Shown here: in pieces, positions 8,576 to 15,821 of the stretch
Numbering within the stretch: position 1 is the first letter of the stretch
Layout: every line of letters starts with the position of its first letter
Notes under the pieces: generated by a model
Told to the model about the DNA's origin: nothing
Database searches by the model: none
What the model saw: only the letters and a program-made list of their open reading frames with translations
From: a virus
DNA length: 64,000 bases
Reading direction: 5' to 3' (one strand)
Virus record (IMG/VR): IMGVR_UViG_3300024978_000007
Translations under genes and position numbers: made by a program

Positions 8576-8654
8576 AGCTGAAGTTTCGGACAGCGCAACC
8601 CATTTGTCAAGTACAGCGCAACCACAAAGTTGCGCGCCTCTATACGCTTGCCGC
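8576..8654. promoter_or_regulatory. Divergent cro/repressor promoter-operator region
   Basis: ACAGCGCAACC repeated at 8590 and 8613; palindrome GCGCAAC-N6-GTTGCGC at 8616-8635; minus-strand TTGACA at 8610-8605. Confidence 0.7.
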
Positions 8655-9005
8655 ATGAACACATTCGGCGGGCGGCTGCGAGCCGCTAGACATAACGCCA
8701 ACCTGACTCAGGAGCGCTTGGGGGAGCGCGTAGGGGTGAGCAAGGGCGCCATCTCCCGATGGGAGAGCGATCAGGACCAACCGCAGTTCGCGGTGCTGCA
8801 GCCACTTCGGTGCGCGCTGCGGGTTTCGCTTGACGAGCTGGTTTGTGGTTACATGCAAGGCACGGCGGGCGGCGTGGCGGACCCCTACGCCAAAAGCGAC
8901 CCACCCAATACCGCTGAGTGGGCGCTGCTCGTCCATCTTCGCCGCGAACCACCGTCAAAGCTTGGCGCGTTGCTGGAATTTCTCGGGGTCCAGGTCGAAT
9001 ACTGA
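8655..9005 (+). CDS. CI-like XRE repressor lacking an S24 peptidase domain
   Basis: FGGRLRAARHNANLTQERLGERVGVSKGAISRWE; 116 aa; divergent from the cro genes. Confidence 0.8.
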   Translation: MNTFGGRLRAARHNANLTQERLGERVGVSKGAISRWESDQDQPQFAVLQPLRCALRVSLDELVCGYMQGTAGGVADPYAKSDPPNTAEWALLVHLRREPPSKLGALLEFLGVQVEY

Positions 9006-9022
9006 AAAATCAGGAGACAGGG

Positions 9023-9427
9023 ATGAGAGTTCCGTTGGTGATGCTGTTGGTTTCGATCAGCACTATCGCAATGGCCGCATGTTCGGTCCGCCCCGATGGC
9101 AGCAATGGCCTGCAGCGCGCGTTCGATGTGCCGGGTGTGAAATACGAGCAGGCATATCACCGTGCCGACAGCTACTTCCGACAGTGCGTGCGCGGTTTCG
9201 TCGGTTTGAGTCCCAACGTCACCACCGGGAATATCTACGCCGATTCGAACAGTGCGGAGCTGCAGACGATGAACGGCAGCGGCATCATCGTGGCGCGCGT
9301 AAACATCGCGGCCACCACCACCGGCAGCCATGTCAATGTGGTCACGATTCGTGCGCCGGCATGGAACGCCAAGGATCTGGACGCGATCCAAGCAGCCGTA
9401 AAAAGCGGCGATATCGTCTGCAAATAG
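9023..9427 (+). CDS. Lipoprotein, candidate lysogenic-conversion or superinfection-exclusion protein
   Basis: AGGAG RBS; signal peptide with lipobox IAMAA-C; directly downstream of the repressor. Confidence 0.65.
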   Translation: MRVPLVMLLVSISTIAMAACSVRPDGSNGLQRAFDVPGVKYEQAYHRADSYFRQCVRGFVGLSPNVTTGNIYADSNSAELQTMNGSGIIVARVNIAATTTGSHVNVVTIRAPAWNAKDLDAIQAAVKSGDIVCK

Positions 9428-9445
9428 CGTCGCCGCGCGAGCGGG

Positions 9446-9757
9446 TCAACGCTCCGCCTTGGCACACTCCGCCGTCACCGGCACCTTCGCCGCCGTCTGC
9501 CACCACCACACCAGGCACTCCATGCGCACGGCGCAGCTTTCGTATGCCGCGCGCCAGGCGCTGCCGTTCTCCACGATGTCGCGCACCTGCGCGGTGCGGC
9601 GCACGGTGGCCGCCGTGCACAACTGCATCAGCGGCGCCGGCGGGGTGAGCAGCTCAATTTTTGTGCGGGTGGTTACGGTCGGCGCAGGGGCGACCGTCGA
9701 GCACGCAGCCAACATCATCAGGCACGGCAAGATCCAGTAGCGATTTGGCTGCAGCAT
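9446..9757 (-). CDS. o-spanin (Rz1-like lipoprotein)
   Basis: Lipobox MLAA-C; Pro-rich (TPPAPLMQLC); overlaps the 3' end of Rz. Confidence 0.75.
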   Translation of the reverse strand: MLQPNRYWILPCLMMLAACSTVAPAPTVTTRTKIELLTPPAPLMQLCTAATVRRTAQVRDIVENGSAWRAAYESCAVRMECLVWWWQTAAKVPVTAECAKAER

Positions 9758-10109
9758 TGGTCCTCTCCAGCTCGGCAAGCTTGGTGCGAATGGCGGCATC
9801 CTGCGCGGTGGCATGGCCCAGGCGTTGCTGCAGCCCGTCCAGCGCCTTGCTGTCGGTCTCGCGCAGGGCTTTGAGCCCGGCGATCGCCGCATCCTGGTCC
9901 CGGTTGGCCTGCACCTGCTGGTTGAGCGTGGCGGCCATGCCTCCCAGCTGTCCGCTGAGGTCGGTGACCGTGCGCGCCAGGCGGTACCGCTGCAGGGTGC
10001 TGCTGACCGCGTAGCCGGCCAGCGCCACCACCAAGGCGATCAGCGCGTACTCGATCCACAGGCGCGCTCGCGCGCCGACAAAGGCCAGGGCCTTACTGAG
10101 TAGGTTCAT
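9654..10109 (-). CDS. i-spanin (Rz-like)
   Basis: N-terminal TM helix, coiled coil, C-terminal LAVPDDVGCVL. Confidence 0.75.
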   Translation of the reverse strand: MNLLSKALAFVGARARLWIEYALIALVVALAGYAVSSTLQRYRLARTVTDLSGQLGGMAATLNQQVQANRDQDAAIAGLKALRETDSKALDGLQQRLGHATAQDAAIRTKLAELERTNAAAKSLLDLAVPDDVGCVLDGRPCADRNHPHKN

Positions 10110-10452
10110 CGTCGTGACTCCGGTTCAAGCCGAGCTTGTTCCACACGAGCCGCTGCAGTACCTGGATGCTGGCCGAGGCGCCCAGCCAGCCGCACACGCC
10201 CACCGTCACCGCCGTCCACTGCTGGCTCAGGCCCGCGGATTGGCACAGCCACATCGCGAGCAGGCCGACAAAGCCGGCCGACGAGCCCTCCACCAGCGCC
10301 CGCCAGCCGCTCAGGCGCGCGCCGCTGTCCATCGTGCGCATGATGTAGCCGAGCACCCCGGCCACCGCGGCGAAGAACGAGTAGGCCGCCGCCTGCAGCC
10401 AGCCGCCGGCGGCGAGCCACCAGCCACTGATCGGGCCGCCGGGCTCGATCAT
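10093..10452 (-). CDS. Holin
   Basis: Three hydrophobic helices; lies between the endolysin and the spanins. Confidence 0.75.
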   Translation of the reverse strand: MIEPGGPISGWWLAAGGWLQAAAYSFFAAVAGVLGYIMRTMDSGARLSGWRALVEGSSAGFVGLLAMWLCQSAGLSQQWTAVTVGVCGWLGASASIQVLQRLVWNKLGLNRSHDDEPTQ

Positions 10453-11078
10453 GCGACGGTGGCCAGGTAGGTCTTGGGCGTGACGATCGCCAGGCGCGGC
10501 GCGGGCGCGATGCCGCCCAGCGCCATCACATAGGCGCGGTCGATCACGCCGGTGTCGTCGACTTGCGCGCCATCCTGCGTGCCCATCACGCGCGCGGTCC
10601 AGCCCTTGCCGAAGGTGCCGAACGTGGGCAGGCCACGCAAGAACTGCAGCCGCGCGTGGCACAGCGCATCGGTGAGCGCGGTGGCCCGGTACTGCGCGTC
10701 GTAGCGCGCGGCCGCGGCCAGCGTGACGCGCCCGGCCACGCCGTCCTCCTCCACGCCCACGATGCGCTGCAGCGTGCGTACGGCGCGGCCCACGCCACTG
10801 TTCACGGCGAAATCGAATACGGCGTAGTCCACGCCAGCCGGCAGCTCGTCGCCGCGCGTGGTGGCCCAGTAGCGGCGGCGATAGATCGCCGCGCGCTCGG
10901 CTTCGGTGCTCAGGCGCACGCTCTGCCGCGGCAGGCGCCGTGCCTCGCGGTCCTCGTCGTACACGCGCTGGGTGATTCCGCACATGGTGGCGCCGCCGGG
11001 GTCGCGCGGGTGGTCTGAGAATGACCCCTCATAGACCAGGGTCAGGGCCAGGCACGTGGGGAAGTGGGCGGCGCTCAT
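10449..11078 (-). CDS. Endolysin, glycoside hydrolase family 108
   Basis: YEGSFSDHPRDPGGATMCGITQ and GVDYAVFDFAVNSGVGRAVRTLQ. Confidence 0.9.
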   Translation of the reverse strand: MSAAHFPTCLALTLVYEGSFSDHPRDPGGATMCGITQRVYDEDREARRLPRQSVRLSTEAERAAIYRRRYWATTRGDELPAGVDYAVFDFAVNSGVGRAVRTLQRIVGVEEDGVAGRVTLAAAARYDAQYRATALTDALCHARLQFLRGLPTFGTFGKGWTARVMGTQDGAQVDDTGVIDRAYVMALGGIAPAPRLAIVTPKTYLATVA

Positions 11079-11156
11079 GGCGGCCAGCGTGGTGGGCCGC
11101 GCGCGCCGAATCCATGCGGGGATGTGCCAGCGCGTGCCAGGCGCTATGCTCCGGCG

Positions 11157-11378
11157 ATGGTCAAGGTAAGAGCCCTGCTGCGCACTGGCGTCAACATCGA
11201 ACTCGAGTACCCGGACAGCTTCTTCGATGCCGCCATGCGCCTGCACGTGAAGGGCCGGCGCGGGCAGGAAATCGTGGCGGAGTTGATCGACCACGACTGG
11301 CCCGCGCCGCTGTTGACCGTCGACGTGATCCTCAACGGCGGGCAGCCGGGGGCGAAAAGCCTGCGGTTGTGGTGCTGA
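11157..11378 (+). CDS. Small moron-like hypothetical protein
   Basis: Opposite strand between tail and lysis genes; TATGCT -10-like hexamer 6 nt before the ATG. Confidence 0.5.
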   Translation: MVKVRALLRTGVNIELEYPDSFFDAAMRLHVKGRRGQEIVAELIDHDWPAPLLTVDVILNGGQPGAKSLRLWC

Positions 11379-11383
11379 ACTGC

Positions 11384-11551
11384 TCAGTTCCCTTTGCTGG
11401 CCTCGATCGCGGCCCGCACTTCATCCTGCCAGCGCTGCGCCGCATCCGTGCGCGCTTCCAGCGCCGCCACGCGGGCCTGCAGCGCCGCGATCTTGCGCCG
11501 CGCCACGACAACGGCCAGCACCAGCCCCGCCCCGACGATCAGCGCGATCAT
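11384..11551 (-). CDS. Small TM plus coiled-coil protein
   Basis: MIALIVGAGLVLAVVV followed by KIAALQARVAALE. Confidence 0.5.
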   Translation of the reverse strand: MIALIVGAGLVLAVVVARRKIAALQARVAALEARTDAAQRWQDEVRAAIEASKGN

Positions 11552-11871
11552 GGCAGCGGCTCCCGGGACAACACGATGCGCTCGCGGGCGAGCTGGGCCA
11601 CGTAGCCGGCCGCCACCGGCGCCACCGTACCGATGAACGATTGCAGCAGGTTGCCGTTGTCGTCGTGCGAGTAGATCCGGTGCAGGTTGTCCAGCAGGCC
11701 GGCCGAGTTGAGCCGCACTGCCTGAGCGAACAACTGGTCTGCCAGCGTGGCATCGGCCAGCGCCTTCACGTCCACGCCGACGATGAAGCTGGTCAGCATC
11801 GCCAGGTCGTCGGGGTTCACGTTGGCGAGGAAGGTTGGGTAGTCGATCGGTTGCATGGTGGTCTCCATCAA
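11548..11871 (-). CDS. Hypothetical protein
   Basis: Overlap-coupled downstream of the fibre genes. Confidence 0.55.
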   Translation of the reverse strand: MMETTMQPIDYPTFLANVNPDDLAMLTSFIVGVDVKALADATLADQLFAQAVRLNSAGLLDNLHRIYSHDDNGNLLQSFIGTVAPVAAGYVAQLARERIVLSREPLP

Positions 11872-12389
11872 AGCCCGAGGGCGGAAAGTTTGGCGGCGCT
11901 GTCGATCTGCGCGGCCAGCGCGGAGGCGCAGCCCTGGGCCACGCGCGCCAGCTCGCCCTGCGCCCAGACGTAACCCTGGTCGCCGGCGGTGTCGTAGTAG
12001 CCCGCGCCGTAGGCGGCGCCCGGCTCACCCGGTGCGCCCGTGCCGCTGGCCCAGCCCTCGGGCAGGTGGTCGGCATCGATCGCGGTACCGGCCGGCGGGA
12101 TGTACTTCACCCAGCCGTCGTAGAGCGTATGCGTGCCCGCCAGCACGCCGGAGAGAGCCACGCTGTGCGTGCTGTCGCTGGTCGCGGTGGGTGCCGCAGT
12201 GGCTTCGGCCAGCACCGGCAGGCCCTGCGCGTCGATCAGGTAGGCCCATGCGGACATCACCAGCATGGCGCCGTCGTTGCTCACCGTAGTCAGCGGCACG
12301 CGGGCAAAGCGCCCGCCGTCCAGCGCAAAGTCGAAGATGGGCGCGCCGGCAGGCCGGTTGGGGATGGTGGTGATGGGTGTGGCTTGCAT
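11868..12389 (-). CDS. Hypothetical tail-fibre-associated protein
   Basis: GAGGA RBS immediately after the fibre gene. Confidence 0.55.
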   Translation of the reverse strand: MQATPITTIPNRPAGAPIFDFALDGGRFARVPLTTVSNDGAMLVMSAWAYLIDAQGLPVLAEATAAPTATSDSTHSVALSGVLAGTHTLYDGWVKYIPPAGTAIDADHLPEGWASGTGAPGEPGAAYGAGYYDTAGDQGYVWAQGELARVAQGCASALAAQIDSAAKLSALGL

Positions 12390-12398
12390 GGCGTGTCC

Positions 12399-15300
12399 TC
12401 AGGCCTTGATCGTGTTGTGGGTGGAAATGCGCAGGTGCGCGACGGCGCCGGCGAGGAACGAATGGCCGCCGGTGGAAATGCGCACCACGGCTCGCTCGCC
12501 GGGCAGCAGCTCCACGTTGATCACGCGCTGCCAGCCGGAGTCGGTCCACAGGTCGTGGCCGTAGACCATCGGGGCCTGGATGCTTTCACCGGTGCGCACC
12601 GTGACCGGGGTGGAAAGCGAGCAGTCCAGTGTGGAGCCATCGGCCACTGTGATCCGGCAGCATGGCTGCGACATGATCCGCGGGCGGCGCCGCACGAAGT
12701 GCCAGCCGTCCTGCCCGCGCAGGATGCATGGCCACCACCAGCGCCAACGCTGCGCCAGTTGCCGCGCGGTGAGTCCGCGGCGCAGCAGCATGTCCGCCGC
12801 CACGCAGCCGCTGATGCCGCCGCCGCCGGATCCACCGCCGCTGCTGCCGGAGGTGGGGATGGTCACCACGCCGGCGTTGTAGGCGTCGTCGAAGCTGTTC
12901 ACCGTGTTCTGGTTTGTGCCGGCAAACCACGTCGGCGAACCGCCGGCGTAGTTGTCGCGGGTGTAGATGTAATAGCTGCTGCTGGTGGCCAGGCCCGTCA
13001 CCGCGTTGAGCTTGGCGCTGTATGACACGCTGGCCGACCCCATCTGGATCGTGTGCGCGTTGATGTCCACCGCCCCGCCACCGTTGGCAGTCAGCGCCAC
13101 CGCGCTGCGCGTGATGCCAAGGTTGCGGGTAATCGACGAAATCAAGTTCCGCTGATCGCCGATCTGCTGGCCGCTCCCCGGATTCGTGAGCTGGTTGCCG
13201 AACTGCGAGGCAAAGTCGTTGAACGGCGTCGCGACGCTGCCGACCTCAAGTTTCAGGTTGCGCCACGTCGCGACAGAGTTCGCGGACATGGTGCCAGCGA
13301 ACCGCACCACTACGGTGATGGACGCCGTACCGCTTGGCGGAGCCTGCGTCACGCTGTAGCGCGCCAGCGGCCCGATCACCGCCGTCACATGCGGGCGGAT
13401 CGAGGTATTGATTTCCGTGCCGGAAGCATTGAGAAACCGTAGTTCGATAAACGGCGTGGCCGTCGCCGCCGTCTGCATGCACAGGTCCGCCGACAGCGTC
13501 ACCGGCGAGACCGTGCACGGCACGATGAAGCTGAATCCTTGGTCGACGGCACCCGTTCCAGGAAACCAGCAAACGAACTCTGGGCCCACGTTGCCAAGGG
13601 TGTCGTCGGCTACCACCTGCATCTGCTGCTGCGCACCGCCGATCCATGAGAAGCCCGGCAGCCCGCTAAACCCGAGCGCACCGGAAGGGTTGGGAATCAG
13701 GTTCTGGCCGGGCTGCGCGATGCCAGTTTGTTTTGCCGGATTGTAGATCGCGCCGAACTTGGCGGCGCCGTCCGGCACTTCGTCGAGGCTGCTGGGGTAC
13801 TGCGTGCACACCACGTTGTCCACGTAATACGTGCCCGCGGTATGACCGTTGGCGACAAGGATCGTACGCGCGTAGACCGTACCTGCTGGCGCCGTGCCCA
13901 AGGCATATGATCCGGCCGTGGTGGTGCCGGTAACTAGGGTTCCTGTCGTCGCCGATATTTCGACTAGTGACGCATTGACCCAACTGATCGCGACAGCGCA
14001 TGATCCATTTGCACCGGCCGCCTTGATGAGCGCCTGCGTTTTGTAGACCTGCCCCGGGCCACATGCGGCCAGCCCATTGTTGCGGAAAACCTGGATTCCG
14101 CCCGACCCGGCGGGGTGCACTGCCGAGTTAGGGCCGACGCCCGGCGTGTTGCCTGCAGTGTCGATGGCCCAGCCGCTGCCGGGGTCTGCATTCCAGCCAT
14201 AACCGGTGGGCGCGATGTCGAAGCCGCCGTTGATAACCGGCAATTGCGACACCTGGCCCGTGGCGGTGTTGGCGGTGGCTTGCGCGGTATCCGCCTTCGA
14301 CTTCGCAGCGGCGTAGATGGCGTTGAGCAGAGTGGTCTTGGCCGTATAGGCAGTCGTCCAGTTGCTGTCCCATGTCGCGCGGGTGATGGCCGTGGTGCCG
14401 GTGATACCGGTCCACACGAACGAGGCGTCGAGCACGCCGACCGTCGTCTTGAGGTAGTTTTTCAGCGCCGTGATGGCGCCGTCGTAGTTGGCCTTCTCGG
14501 TGGTGATTCCGTAGCTGGTGGCCTGCGCGTCGATGCCGGATTGCTCGGCGGTGAGCGTGTTGTAGCGCTGCTTCGACTGGACCTTCTCGTCGGCCGTGAG
14601 CTTGCCGTCGCTGGCGATGTCCGTCAGCTGGTTGAGCGCGGTGGCGGCATCGGCGCTTGCCGCGTTGGCTTCGGCCTGCGCCGCCGCCGCGGCCGCCTCG
14701 ATCGAAAAGGCGGTGGCCGTCGATCCCTGCTCGAACTTCACGCGGCGCCACGCGAGCGTCGCCCACGTCGCCGCTTCTGCCACCACCCGCACCCGGGCGG
14801 TGACAGCACCAGCGCCTGGTGTGTTGGTCGAGGTCGGGCGGTGCCATGCCCCATCCACAACCACAAGTCCGTTCGCGCCATCGGTCACGACGCCGCCGAT
14901 GCTGTTGTAGTACTGCACGTCCAGATAGTACGTGCCGGTAGCCGCAGCATCGGCGAACATATCCGCTGAGGCGGTGTAGGGCTTTCCAGCTGTCACTGGG
15001 ATCGGGTCGGTTTGGTAGGCGTACGTGCCGCTGGCTCCAGGCGCCGCCGCCCGCAGCTGGTAGCCATCCGGCGCAGACACCGAGCTGATCGCGGTCGATC
15101 CTGTCCAGCCTGCGGAGCCGTTCTCGCCCGAGGTGTTGGGGACGAGGTTGGCGGCTGGGTAGAGGGCGGAGTTCGCCGATGCTTGCGCCGCGTCGGATTT
15201 TGTTTTTGCCGCCGCATAGATCGCATTAAGCAGCGCCGTCTTGGCGGTATAGACCGTCGTCCAGGTGCTGTCCCATGTCGTGCGCGTAATGGCGGTGGTG

Positions 15301-15821
15301 CCGGTGGTGCCGGTCCACACAAACGACGCGTCGAGCACGCCGACTGTGTCTTTGAGGTAGCTCTTGAGCGACGTGATGGCGCTGTCGTAGTTGGTTTTCT
15401 CGGTGGTGATTCCGTAGCTGGTGGCCTGCGCGTCGATGCCGGATTGTTCGGCGGTGAGCGTGTTGTAGCGCTGCTTCGATTCGATCTTTTCCAGCGCCGT
15501 CAGCTTGCCGTCGCTGGCGATGTCGGTGAGCTGGTTCAGTGCACTGGTGGCGTCGGCTTGGGCGTCACTGGCCGCCGTCGACAGGTCGCTCAGCGTGATG
15601 TTGCCAGCCGCCACGTCCGGCACCACGGCGGTGTGAAGCACCCAGGCGGAGGGTGCGCCACACGCGGAAATGTCGCGCACTTCCACGTCGTAGGTCTTGT
15701 CGCGGTCAAGGCCTTCCAGTCGCAGCTCGGCCACCGGCGAGCAGGTGGCGATATCGCTCCATGCCGTGGTGCCGGTGACGCGCCAGCGCACCTCGCGCAG
15801 GATGGCGGACGAGGCGGCCAT
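12399..15821 (-). CDS. Tail fibre / receptor-binding protein: FN3, two helical repeats, three CBM-like domains, C-terminal Hint domain
   Basis: FN3-like YDVEVRDIS; NLVPN/NLIPN...KFEQG/KLEVG modules; Gly/Ser linker then C1006...H1135-N1136-T. Confidence 0.85.
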   Translation of the reverse strand: MAASSAILREVRWRVTGTTAWSDIATCSPVAELRLEGLDRDKTYDVEVRDISACGAPSAWVLHTAVVPDVAAGNITLSDLSTAASDAQADATSALNQLTDIASDGKLTALEKIESKQRYNTLTAEQSGIDAQATSYGITTEKTNYDSAITSLKSYLKDTVGVLDASFVWTGTTGTTAITRTTWDSTWTTVYTAKTALLNAIYAAAKTKSDAAQASANSALYPAANLVPNTSGENGSAGWTGSTAISSVSAPDGYQLRAAAPGASGTYAYQTDPIPVTAGKPYTASADMFADAAATGTYYLDVQYYNSIGGVVTDGANGLVVVDGAWHRPTSTNTPGAGAVTARVRVVAEAATWATLAWRRVKFEQGSTATAFSIEAAAAAAQAEANAASADAATALNQLTDIASDGKLTADEKVQSKQRYNTLTAEQSGIDAQATSYGITTEKANYDGAITALKNYLKTTVGVLDASFVWTGITGTTAITRATWDSNWTTAYTAKTTLLNAIYAAAKSKADTAQATANTATGQVSQLPVINGGFDIAPTGYGWNADPGSGWAIDTAGNTPGVGPNSAVHPAGSGGIQVFRNNGLAACGPGQVYKTQALIKAAGANGSCAVAISWVNASLVEISATTGTLVTGTTTAGSYALGTAPAGTVYARTILVANGHTAGTYYVDNVVCTQYPSSLDEVPDGAAKFGAIYNPAKQTGIAQPGQNLIPNPSGALGFSGLPGFSWIGGAQQQMQVVADDTLGNVGPEFVCWFPGTGAVDQGFSFIVPCTVSPVTLSADLCMQTAATATPFIELRFLNASGTEINTSIRPHVTAVIGPLARYSVTQAPPSGTASITVVVRFAGTMSANSVATWRNLKLEVGSVATPFNDFASQFGNQLTNPGSGQQIGDQRNLISSITRNLGITRSAVALTANGGGAVDINAHTIQMGSASVSYSAKLNAVTGLATSSSYYIYTRDNYAGGSPTWFAGTNQNTVNSFDDAYNAGVVTIPTSGSSGGGSGGGGISGCVAADMLLRRGLTARQLAQRWRWWWPCILRGQDGWHFVRRRPRIMSQPCCRITVADGSTLDCSLSTPVTVRTGESIQAPMVYGHDLWTDSGWQRVINVELLPGERAVVRISTGGHSFLAGAVAHLRISTHNTIKA

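Noticed and set aside
11384-15821. Diversity-generating retroelement or Gin-type invertible fibre cassette
   Set aside because: There is no reverse transcriptase, no template/variable repeat pair with A-specific mismatches, and no inverted alternative fibre ends. The fibre repeats are ordinary in-frame domain duplications.
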